From contig NIVC01002296.1 of NCBI GenBank assembly GCA_002269645.1, positions 122,051-186,050 on the forward strand: a stretch of 64,000 nt of DNA. The letters are read 5' to 3'. Made by a program: the position numbers and the translations under genes. The notes under the pieces are model-generated. The model did not search any database. It worked only from the letters and a program-made list of their open reading frames with translations, and had not been told where the DNA came from. This DNA is from Macrostomum lignano. Its lineage: Eukaryota. Positions 11,446-21,204 of the stretch are shown in pieces (position 1 is the stretch's first letter; each line of letters begins with the position of its first letter).

Positions 11446-12234
11446 TATGTATGTACCCCGATATGTACACCCTCCCGATATGTACCCCGACATGTATGCC
11501 GCAGGCGACCCTCCCGATATGTATGCTGCAGGCGCCCCAAAGGTACACCCTCCCGAGCCAAAGGTACACTCTCCCGATACGAGTGTACACTCTTCCGATA
11601 TGTATGTACACTCTCCCGATATGGGTGTACATCGATATGTAGTCAACGATATTAACACAAAATTAGGCTAGTGAAAACTACTTATAGTAGGTGAAATTGC
11701 GTATATTTATATAAAAAGTAGATAAAACGTATCAGTATGTGTAAATATCGGTGCATAATGCATATTACGAAACATATAGGTGTACAGTCATAAGCATATG
11801 GGCAGTAAAAAACACAATGTAGGTGCATATTATCGATATATTGGCAGAAAAGTAGGTGAAATATACAAAATAATACAAAGCAGGTACATATCGCTTATTA
11901 GTGTAGTAGGTGCTTGTAGATGCTAGTATAATGTAAAACATAGGTTGACTCATACGCACAGGGCTCCCCCAGGACAATAGTAAGAGATACGCCCCCGCAT
12001 TCCTCCCCAGCGCCGCGACCAAGGGACCGCGGGCTGAGTAATGTTTCGAGGGGATCCCAATGTACAGTGCAGGCAGAGAGCTATTTTCCTACCCAAATGG
12101 GGTTTTATTCAAGGGACCCCTCTCCTAGTACAGTGCGAGCAGAGGAGTAACAGAGAGCAATAGAGACCGCCTCATGTACAATGCGCTCCGGGGTTGAAGT
12201 GTCGAATGGGAGTTTTTGATCCCCCGCCCCAATG
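11446..12234 (+). repeat. Left terminal inverted repeat, inner part (outer part 10792-10853)
   Basis: Reverse complement of 14807-15595 with few differences. Confidence 0.9.
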
Positions 12235-12367
12235 ACCCCTCACCTAGTACAGTGCGGGCAGAGAGGAGTAACATTGAGAAATTCCATTCCTCCCAATGTT
12301 TTTATTCAAGGGATCCCGCCCCAATGTACAGTGGAGGTAGAGTAACAGACCGCATACAGAATTCCAG

Positions 12368-12881
12368 TCAAACTTTACCGCAGCTCCCACCCCAAGCCCC
12401 AAATGGGGGTTTTAGTGGATCCCCAGAGGGTAGCTCTCCAAGTAGAGTCCAAGTTGAGGGATCCCCAGTGTGTTGCGAGGCCCAAGTACAGTGCAGGCAG
12501 AGAGTAATAGAGTATAAAGAGAAATCCCCTTTTGAGTCAACCTCCATCCGCTCCCTCAGGGCTGTCTCATACGCGGCCTCCTCCTCAGCGCTCTCGAAGC
12601 AGTAGTCAGCCGACTGTCAATGTGAAAATTAAAAAATTCAATGTAGAAAGAATATAAGCCTTGTATATGATTACATGAAATGTAAATGCCGCGTAATATC
12701 TTACCAAATCTAGATCCCCCAGCCGCCACAGGCGTAGAGACGCCGTATAGCGCACCAGCGAGAGGTGCTCCTCCCAGTTGGAGGGCCAGATAGCTGCAGC
12801 AGGCTCATCCCACGCAGTCGGGCGCGCTCCCGGACCTGCCAGGTACGCCTCCGAGTCAGAGGCATACGAATTACGCCCCAT
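12368..12881 (-). CDS. Element ORF3, predicted spliced (exons 12881-12705 and 12613-12368, ~140 aa), unknown function
   Basis: 91-nt AT-rich intron GTAAGA...TTTTCACATTGACAG, phase 0, keeps the frame open (...LGDLDL|SADYCFESAEEEAAYETALRERMEVD...). AATAAA on the minus strand near 12105. Confidence 0.45.
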
Positions 12882-12964
12882 TTAACCAATCCTGATGTAA
12901 CGTCTCCGCCTCCAACACCTCCCGTAGACCAGCCCCCCTCGACACCAAGGTATCGAGAACCCGA

Positions 12965-13831
12965 TTAAAGGCTCTGACAAAGAAAGGTGTCTTGGGAGGG
13001 CAGGCCGCCGGGGTGGCGAGACCTCAGCCAGTCAATGTCCCCGCGGAAAAATGAGGCCACAATGCGGGGAAGGCGCTCACGAACCATGGCGATCTCCCCC
13101 GACATATCCTCGTCCTCATCGCCAAAGAGAAGGAGCGTAGCGGCTGATGATATTGAGGCCAGGCGAGAGGCAGAGACGGGCGCAGCAGAGGCAGAGACGG
13201 CAGCAGACGAGACAACAGTGGAGGCAGCAGAGGCAGAGGCGGCAGCAGACGAGACAACAGTGGAGGCAGCAGAGGCAGAGACGGCAGCAGACGAGACAAC
13301 AGTGGAGGCAGCAGAGGCAGAGACGGCAGCAGACGAGACAACAGTGGAGGCAGCAGAGGCAGAGACGGCAGCAGACGAGACAACAGTGGAGGCAGCAGAG
13401 GCAGAGACGGCAGCAGACGAGACAACAGTGGAGGCAGCAGAGGCAGAGACGGCAGCAGACGAGACAACAGTGGAGGCAGCAGAGGCAGAGACGGCAGCAG
13501 ACGAGACAACAGTGGAGGCAGCAGAGGCAGAGACGGCAGCAGACGAGACAACAGTGGAGGCATCAGAGGCAGAGACGGCAGCAGACGAGACAACAGTGGA
13601 GGCAGCAGAGGCAGAGGCGGCAGCAGACGAGACAACAGTGGAGGCAGCAGAGGCAGAGGCGGCAGCAGCAGTTGTCAACTCATCAACAGAGACCTCAAAG
13701 AGGGCGGCAGATGCAGCGGTCAAATCAGAGGCGGCAGCAGCAGGGGCACCGTTCACAACCCCTCCGATAGTCAGCAGCGGGAGGTCGAAAACTTCAGACT
13801 CAGTGTCGCTATCATAGGTCATAGCCCACAT
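12965..13831 (-). CDS. Element ORF2 (~288 aa) with an internal 14-aa Ala/Ser/Val/Thr repeat, unknown function
   Basis: Protein-like unique ends (MTYDSDTESEVFDLPLL...; LLLFGDEDEDMSGEIAMVRERLPRIVASFFRGDIDWLRSRHP). Co-oriented with ORF1 and ORF3. The plus-strand frame 12987-13817 is also open, so strand is inferred. Confidence 0.5.
   Translation of the reverse strand: MWAMTYDSDTESEVFDLPLLTIGGVVNGAPAAAASDLTAASAALFEVSVDELTTAAAASASAASTVVSSAAASASAASTVVSSAAVSASDASTVVSSAAVSASAASTVVSSAAVSASAASTVVSSAAVSASAASTVVSSAAVSASAASTVVSSAAVSASAASTVVSSAAVSASAASTVVSSAAVSASAASTVVSSAAASASAASTVVSSAAVSASAAPVSASRLASISSAATLLLFGDEDEDMSGEIAMVRERLPRIVASFFRGDIDWLRSRHPGGLPSQDTFLCQSL
13185..13670. repeat. 42-bp in-frame minisatellite, ~11 copies, inside element ORF2
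   Basis: Unit GCAGAGGCAGAGACGGCAGCAGACGAGACAACAGTGGAGGCA. Confidence 0.95.
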
Positions 13832-14084
13832 AGCCCAAGCCAAGGATATATCAGCCCCCTAATTATCAGTTCCGTTGTTTTCTGTGCCTAGGGGGATTAT
13901 ATGTTCGGGTATTTCACCGTCGAGGGAGGTTAACTCTTCAGGGGGGGGGGCGATTATTATCCCAGAGGGTGGATAGAGCTCGGCGGGACATGTTGGAATC
14001 AACAGAGAGAGAGAGAGAGAGAGAGAGAGTATAGTATCAGAGCTAGGAATTAGGGTCTGGCTCTCTGAAGACAGGACAGATTAG

Positions 14085-14119
14085 TTATATAGGGGCCCCG
14101 CGGGGTGGTGTGAGCCAAT
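14085..14119 (-). promoter_or_regulatory. Candidate Pol II promoter for element ORF2 (CCAAT box, GC-rich box, TATATAA)
   Basis: Minus strand reads CCTATTGG...CCCCGCGGGGCCCC TATATAACT, just downstream of the ORF1 stop and ~250 nt upstream of the ORF2 ATG. Confidence 0.35.
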
Positions 14120-14125
14120 AGGAAA

Positions 14126-14770
14126 CTACCAGCGCTGACTCTCGTCAAACAGATTTTCCCAGGGCGGGGATTGGTAGGGTTTGAGACCCACAACCTGGAG
14201 AACGTCCTGGAGATTTTCCTCCTCAGTCCTGGTTACTGGAGGGGTCTCTGTCTTGGCTCGCTTTGCCGGCGGCGGGGCCTCGGGTGCCGGCTTGAAGAGC
14301 TTGTCTAAACAGGCGGCAAACATCCGGTGCCACAGTTCCGGCGTGAATTCGATCGTGTAGCGCCAATTAAACTTTGGATCCCGATTGAGCCAATTGCGCC
14401 GCAAACGAATCCGCCCCCGTGAAGCTTCGACCGCCTTGAAATCGCCCAGCACGACCCGCTTGTCCACGTGAAGGCGGGCGGCAGCCTCCAGGTCAGGGCG
14501 CACAGCTTCGAGCTTCTTCCACTCTGGCTCGCTCAAATAGATTGCTGAGAAGCCGTCCTTCCACACTCCCATGACTAAGAGGGTGTATGGGGCCGCCAGC
14601 CGTCCGTATGGCTTTCGCGAGTGAGCGATAAGGATCGCGTGGGGTTCCCCCCCGGGGCGTGTTACCCCGCCCGCACCGTACTTGGTGAGAGGTCCTTCAT
14701 AACTATCGTTTGGAAGCCCTGGGGAGGAATGCACTCTGCTTGTGCAGTCTCTGTATCCGTGAGGGGACAC
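14126..14770 (-). CDS. Element ORF1, putative tandem PC4/Sub1-like ssDNA-binding protein (214 aa from GTG)
   Basis: SAIYLSEPEWKKLEAVRPDLEAAARL and IRLRRNWLNRD...TIEFTPELWHRM both align by eye to the PC4 core (IDIREYWMD...[26 protein letters not shown]). Basic PPAKRAK motif is NLS-like. Start codon uncertain. Confidence 0.6.
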   Translation of the reverse strand: MSPHGYRDCTSRVHSSPGLPNDSYEGPLTKYGAGGVTRPGGEPHAILIAHSRKPYGRLAAPYTLLVMGVWKDGFSAIYLSEPEWKKLEAVRPDLEAAARLHVDKRVVLGDFKAVEASRGRIRLRRNWLNRDPKFNWRYTIEFTPELWHRMFAACLDKLFKPAPEAPPPAKRAKTETPPVTRTEEENLQDVLQVVGLKPYQSPPWENLFDESQRW

Positions 14771-14806
14771 TCATAACTCCCATTTGACACCCTGGAGCGC
14801 ACTGTA

Positions 14807-15655
14807 CATTGGGGCGGGGGATCAAAAACTCCCATTTGACACTTCAACCCCGGAGCGCATTGTACATGGGGCGGTCTCTATTGCTCTCTGTTACTCCTCT
14901 GCTCGCACTGTACTAGGTGAGGGGTCCCTTGAATAAAACCCCATTTGGGTAGGAAAATAGCTCTCTGCCTGCACTGTACATTGGGATCCCCTCGAAACAT
15001 TACTCAGCCCGCGGTCCCTTGGTCGCGGCGCTGGGGAGGAATGCGGGGGCGTATCTCTTACTATTGTCCTGGGGGAGCCCTGTGCGTATGAGTCAACCTA
15101 TGTTTTACATTATACTAGCATCTACAAGCACCTACTACACTAATAAGCGATATGTACCTGCTTTGTATTATTTGGTATATTTCACCTACTTTTCTGCCAA
15201 TATATCGATAATATGCACCTACATTGTGTTTTTTACTGCCCATATGCTTATGACTGTACACCTATATGCGTGTTTCGTAATATGCATTATGCACCGATAT
15301 TTACACATACTGATACGTTTTATCTACTTTTTATGTAAATATACGCGATTTCACCTACTATAAGTAGTTTTCACTAGCCTAATTTTGTGTTAATATCGTT
15401 TACTACATATCGATGTACACCCATATCGGGAGAGTGTACACATATCAGGAGAGTGTACACTCATATCGGGAGAGTGTACCTTTGGCTCGGGAGGGTGTAC
15501 CTTTGGGGCGCCTGCAGCATACATATCGGGAGGGTCGCCTGCGGCATATATGTCGGGGTACATATCGGGAGGGTGTACATATCGGGGTACATACATATCG
15601 GGAGGGTCGCCTGCGGCTCGGGAGGGTGTACATATCGGGAGGGTGCGCCTGCGGC
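14807..15655 (-). repeat. Right terminal inverted repeat (849 bp), ending in CCCTCCCGATATGTACA-type iterons (read on the minus strand)
   Basis: Direct comparison with the left TIR. Confidence 0.9.
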
Positions 15656-15657
15656 AA

Positions 15658-15731
15658 CGATATGTAGTCAACGATATTAACACAAAATTAGGCTAGTGAA
15701 AACTACTTATAGTAGGTGAAATTGCGTATAT
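15658..15731 (+). repeat. 74-bp extra TIR segment abutting the right end, identical to 11633-11706
   Basis: Exact direct copy of the left-TIR segment; 2 mismatches to the reverse complement of 15339-15412. Confidence 0.9.
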
Positions 15732-16525
15732 GAACTTATTCAGTTATATCAATATTCGCTGGAGCGTTCTTTGTAGAAAGTAAGCAGATCGGTGGTTACA
15801 ATAACTGCTTCTGTGATGAATGTGTTACAGCAGGATGCAATAAAATAGTACGTAACAACTCACACACAATGTAAAGCAAACCCTTTGCTTTACAGCAGTT
15901 TGTGCAACATAGTTTGCATCAAGTATTCGATACATATTTTTATTATTTTTGTTATGAAAGATTAATTATGATAGAAAATGATTAATTAATAAATGAAAAA
16001 TAATGGGGAAAATAATAAAATACTAGGCACGGTCAACACCTTAGGTATTTTAGAAGGTACGTTAAGCAGTACCACGGCCTGCGGACTGGCGAGCCAGACC
16101 TGCATACCCAAATTCGGCCGGAGCCACTGGATGGGTACCCAGCGTCGGAGCCCAGTCTGTCCAGCAGCCCGAGGGTCTGCCTTGAACACTCGCGGGGACG
16201 AGTACCCCTGGGTTGACTATAGAGGGTACAGACCTCCCGCCAGCCTTTGCCTGCTGAAGATGGGTGCAGGCGTGAAGCATCGCAGACCTTAGGGCTTAGA
16301 TCATAGGCCTGGTCTGTCTCATACTTCACTGGCATACTAAATACGCCTTAGCGAGCATTAAAGAATATCAGTACTCTTACAAATAGTTTTACTGAAAAGC
16401 AATGAATTTACGCGTTAGTCTGGTCCAGGTGCTTGCCCCACAGATGCGTAAAATAACTGAAGGAACGAGGTGTCAATTTTGAACGATTTTGTCAATGCTG
16501 GAGAGAGTGGCTGAGAAGCCGAGAC

Positions 16526-16836
16526 CATGGAGGAAAGAATAGAATGGAGTGCTAATCTGAGCCAGTTATTTTTATCTCGCTCGATTTTCGCTTTTAACAT
16601 CCCTTTCCCCCCGTTCCTTCCTATTGGCTGAAAGCATATTTTGATGCGAGCTCATACTATGCTGGGACAGACCTTTCAGAGGGGAACGAAAACGAAAACG
16701 AGACGAAAAATACTTTGTCTATGGCAGTCACGAGCCAATAGGAAAGAACGGGGGGAAAGGGATGTTAAAAGTTAAGTTCGAGCGAGATAAAAATAACTGG
16801 CTCTGATTAGCACTCCATTCTATTGTTTCCTCCATG
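16526..16836. mobile_element. hAT-type MITE, 311 bp, ~104-bp TIRs (CATGGAGG...CCTCCATG), 8-bp TSD GCCGAGAC
   Basis: TSD at 16518-16525 and 16837-16844. An 8-bp TSD with CA...TG termini is characteristic of hAT elements. Confidence 0.8.
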
Positions 16837-17159
16837 GCCGAGACCCGTATATTTATTTTGCTGGGGTTGCGAAAAGATCCTAAAAGTTCAAATCCAGTTC
16901 CTAAAAAAATCAATAGTCTTTTAGTCTCAATCAATAGTCTTGTGAGCATAGTCAGTGCTCACAAAGGTGTTTGGTTTCGAAGGTACAACATTCGAACTGT
17001 AATTACTGAAACTGAAAAAAGTTAAAGAGGATCTGACATTAGAATCAGGCCAAAGTTTTTAAGAGAACTGAAAAAGCACAGATTAAGGGATTAACATTGA
17101 GGATTAACAGAAAACGCCACCAAGCCGATCGCAGCGGGTACAAACAACAACAGGTCTTC

Positions 17160-17964
17160 TTAGCCACGAACAAAAAACTTCCCGCCCTGCACACCGACCA
17201 GCTGCTGCGGCAGAGCCGGCAATTTCAGCAGGTAGCAGGTACCCTGGTGGAACAGGGTAGCCTGGCAGCTCGCGTCGCAACCCAGCAGGCAGTCGATGAG
17301 GCTTCTGGCCGGCTGCACGGTGCGGTAGAAGGGCCCGCCGGAGGAGGTCGCGTTCATGTAGACGCGGGGAGCTGTGACGAACTTATTGCCGACTGCAATG
17401 AGCAAAATTCAGTTCAGTTCAGCTGATTATCAATGTTTGAAAAGTCAGTGTGATGTAAAGTGTGAAATATCATCGGGCAGTGTCAGTAGTCTCATAGAGA
17501 GTCAGTTACCCCTTAGTCTATCAAATCCCTCAGCCACAAAAATTGCGAGAAATCCACTGCTCACTGGGACGGTGGTTAAACTGCAGGTAAACCGAATTTC
17601 GGCCTCCCGAGCCGCAGATCTGGCTGGCGTTGCCAGCGCAGTTCATGTTGCAGTCGCTCTCGGGAGTGGCGCCCTGACTGCCGTACGAGTTTCCGCAGAA
17701 GCACTCCTTGCTGTATTGCGCACCGAAGTACTTGAAGTTGCCGAGCTCGCAGATCTGGCTGCACAGCTGCAGCGTCATGTCGTTCCGGATCACGCAATTT
17801 TTTGCTGTGATCACCGTGTAGGGCCCGATGGAGGACATGCCGTCCAGTCCGACGAGGTCCCTGGCATCATCTGTGTTGTCCCTGTAGCAGCCGACGAAGT
17901 CGAATTCCGCAGCCAAGCAGAGCCGAGCGCACAGAAGCAACAGCAGAGGGCCTGCGAGGTACAT
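17160..17964 (-). CDS. Secreted WSC-domain + PAN/apple-like protein, copy 2; exons 17964-17565 and 17392-17160
   Basis: Same exon lengths (400 + 233 nt) and splice sites as copy 1; intron only 172 nt. Confidence 0.87.
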
Positions 17965-18496
17965 TTTCAGACGGCTTTTGAAGTAAGTAAGCCGGACTTG
18001 ATCGCAGCAGTTGCTGTCTCTGCTTGACTCCTTTTTAAACTCATTCTGGAAAGTTATGTTGAAGAATCTTGGGGCGCATGGGGATGCTGCGGAACGGCAC
18101 TGCACTCTCGAGGGAGCGCCTGCGGGAGCGTGGGTGGAAGATAAAAGCCGGGAGCTGCTACAGTAGCTTTGAGAGAAAAAATCAAACAATTGGAAGCCGA
18201 GATAGACCATCAAACCTTAATGGAAGAGACTTATTGACAGGGACTGCAACAGTCCCCGGTTTTAAGTCGCTTGTTTCCATCCACGGCAGCTTTTCCTCTG
18301 GCAATCCAAGGAGGAGCTGTGGAGAGTAGGAGAAGGCGCTCCAACACTGTAGGAGTGAGCTGTCTTGCGATCAATAAACGCGAGAAGTGAGGAGTTGAGT
18401 TTAGAGCCGCCATATTGGTTTGCATGGCGCATGAAAATTCTTCTACTTTTCTTCATTTGGAGATTTCTAAGCGAACTGGCTCATTGCTCATTCCAG

Positions 18497-19434
18497 CTGG
18501 CAACAAGTTCGTCGCAGCTCCCCGCGTCTACCTGAACCCGACCTCCTCCGGCGGGCCCTTCTACCGCACTGTGCAGCCGGCTAGAAGCCCCATCGACTGC
18601 CTGCTGTGTTGCGACGCGAGCTGCCAGGCTGCCCTGTTCCACCTGGGCACCTGCTATCTGGACACCTGAACTTGCGGTTGTTGTGTCCCGAGACGGACCA
18701 GCCGGCTTCGTCTCGCGCTCTATACGAGAGCAGGGAGACTCAGCACCCAGTCCTGCTGCTTGCCAACCCGCTGTCGCACTAACGCGCAGGCAGTAGGCCG
18801 GCAACCAGGGTCGCAGCGAACGCACAGGACCTGGTGACAAGATCCTAAGCACTGAACTCCAAAAGAAATAAGACAGGTGACACTTGCAGTTGCGCAGTTT
18901 CGGCACTCGGGCGCTCTGGACGTTCCGGTAGTAAGCACGTGTTATATTAGGCGCTATATTGGGCTTGGAATAGCAGGAGTTGAGAGGGTAGTGAGCAGAA
19001 GCGAATCGGAAAGGGGAGAGACAACTCGCGGGAGACGGAAGGGCGGCGCGCAGGCCAATAAATACAAGCCAGCACAAATGGGGTGGGGTTAAAGCTGCAG
19101 GGTAAGAGAAACGGCGGGGTGGGGCAGGGAGAGCGAGGGGGATTGGCTGCAGCCACGCAGAACGCAAATGGGGGTAGGAAACAAGAGCTACAGATGACAG
19201 AGACAGCCAATGAGAGGGCGCGGGGAGAGAGGGCTAACCATAATCAGAGGTTCGAAATCACAGACAATGGCTGGGTAAATAAATAAAACTTCAATAATAA
19301 ATTACTCAATAAAATAGGTCTTGGCAGAGGGAGAGAGAGAGCTAGAGTACGGGCCAGTACATTGAATCACAACACCGGTTCTGCCTCAGCAGCTGGTCGG
19401 CGTTCAGGGCGGGAAGTTCTTTGTCCGCGGCTAG
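18497..19434 (+). pseudogene. Inverted, disrupted third copy of the PAN/apple-like exon plus downstream homology; no WSC exon seen upstream
   Basis: Acceptor TTGCTCATTCCAG|, GNKFVAAPRVYLNPTSSGGPFYRTVQP...GTCYL, a 5-nt insertion, the LTR, then LPQQLVGVQGGKFFVRG*. 19440-19640 matches the reverse complement of ~16940-17160. Confidence 0.85.
18679..19374 (+). mobile_element. Solo LTR (696 bp)
   Basis: Termini TGTTGTG...CACAACA; flanks (G)CGGT / CCGGT fit a 5-bp TSD with one base lost; AATAAA signals in the right half. Confidence 0.75.
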
Positions 19435-20054
19435 AAGACCTGATGATTCAGCTCGTACGTTGCACTGCGATCAACTTGGTCTCCCTTAATCTGTGGATTT
19501 TCAGTTCTCTTCAAACACTGGCTTGTTTCTAATTTACAAAATCCTTTATGGCAGATCCATTTTAAGCATCGTCAGTTTCAGTAATAACAGTTCAAATGTT
19601 GTACCTTCGAGACCAAACACCTTTCTGAACACTGACAATGTGCATGCACGCTTCAGTTTAAGTTAAAGTACAAACAAATGAACCCATACGACGATCCTTG
19701 ATCCTAGGGTTTTTTCTAGATTTTTAGCCATATGCTACTAACAAAAGTAGCACAGATAGTTTCAGCGGGTTCCTCAATAATATTTGTATCTTCTACAGAT
19801 TTTATGCGTGGCATCAGAAGCAAACGAAAGCACCTGCTAGTAAAAAACCCGGATGCATATCCTGGATTTCAAACTGCCATGCAGCAGTGATCTCTTGTGG
19901 CAACGCCACGCGAGATTAGGCGCATTTAAGGCTAAATGGTACTTCGTTGCTTATTTTCATGTATTTTTACTTCGCGGCAAGACACAGCTAATCCGCTTAG
20001 AAGCAGGACATTGTATACTGACAGCTCCCGAAAAAGCTAAATGCCGGGTCGTTG

Positions 20055-21110
20055 GGGCGCCCCCTCTGTAGCTGGCGCCCCCTCTGTAGCTGGCGCCCCC
20101 TCTGTAGCTGGCGCCCCCTCTGTAGCTGGCACCCCTCTGTAGCTGGCGCCCCTCTGTAGCTGGTGACCTCTCTGTAGCTGGCGCCCCCTCTGTAGCTGGC
20201 ACCCCTCTGTAGCTGGTGACCCCTCTGTAGCTGGCGCCCCTCTGTAGCTGGCGCCCCTCTGTAGCTGGCGCCCCTCTGTAGCTGGTGACCCCTCTGTAGC
20301 TGGTGACCCCTCTGTAGCTGGCGCCCCTCTGTAGCTGGCGCCCCTCTGTAGCTGGCGCCCCTCTGTAGCTGGCGCCCCTCTGTAGCTGGCGCCCCTCTGT
20401 AGCTGGTGACCCCTCTGTAGCTGGCGCCCCTCTGTAGCTGGCGCCCCCTATGTAGCTGGCGCCCCCTCTGTAGCTGGCGCCCCCTCTGTAGCTGGCACCC
20501 CTCTGTAGCTGGCGCCCCTCTGTAGCTGGTGACCCCTCTGTAGCTGGCGCCCCCTCTGTAGCTGGCACCCCTCTGTAGCTGGTGACCCCTCTGTAGCTGG
20601 CGCCCCTCTGTAGCTGGCGCCCCTCTGTAGCTGGCGCCCCTCTGTAGCTGGTGACCCCTCTGTAGCTGGTGACCCCTCTGTAGCTGGCGCCCCTCTGTAG
20701 CTGGCGCCCCTCTGTAGCTGGCGCCCCTCTGTAGCTGGCGCCCCTCTGTAGCTGGCGCCCCTCTGTAGCTGGTGACCCCTCTGTAGCTGGCGCCCCTCTG
20801 TAGCTGGCGCCCCCTCTGTAGCTGGCGCCCCCTCTGTAGCTGGCGTCCCCTCTGTAGCTGGCGCCCCCTCTGTAGCTGGCGCCTTTCTCTGTAGCTGGCG
20901 CCTTTCTCTGCAGCTGGCATCCCCTCTGTAGCTGGCGCCTTTCTCTGTAGCTGGCGCCTTTCTCTGTAGCTGGCGCCTTTCTCTGTAGCTGGCATCCCCT
21001 CTGTAGCTGGCGCCCCTCTGTAGCTGGCGCCCCTCTGTAGCTGGTGCCCCTCTGTAGCTGGCGCCTTTCTCTGTAGCTGGCGCCCCTTCTGTAGCTGGCG
21101 CCTCCTCTGT
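20055..21110. repeat. 16-17-bp minisatellite (CTCTGTAGCTGGCGCCC)
   Basis: Direct reading. Confidence 0.95.
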
Positions 21111-21113
21111 AAG

Positions 21114-21204
21114 AGTTTGGGGAATGTGAGTTTGGGGAATGTGAGTTTGGGGAATGTGAGTTTGGGGAATGTGAGTTTGGGGAATGTGAGTTTGGGGAAT
21201 GTGA
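21114..21204. repeat. 15-bp repeat (GAGTTTGGGGAATGT) x6
   Basis: Direct reading. Confidence 0.9.

Larger units (their letters stand above)
10792..15655 (-). mobile_element. Unclassified element with ~850-bp terminal inverted repeats and three minus-strand ORFs; no transposase, integrase or polymerase
   Basis: Left TIR 10792-12234 (split by an RTE insertion) is the near-identical reverse complement of 14807-15655. The same 'MVAALGRNAG...' ORF appears on opposite strands at 11765-12022 and 15019-15363. Confidence 0.75.

Noticed and set aside
11765-12022. MVAALGRNAG... ORFs in both TIRs (also 15019-15363)
   Set aside because: AT-rich, low-complexity translation with different lengths in the two arms; useful only as evidence of the inversion.
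10792-15655. Calling the TIR element a Polinton/Maverick
   Set aside because: No pPolB, integrase, ATPase, protease or capsid ORF, no AG-type termini and no 6-bp TSD; left unclassified.
15993-16335. Overlapping ~70-100-aa ORFs in a GC-rich patch beside the TIR element
   Set aside because: No recognisable motif or splice support, and no counterpart on the other side of the element.
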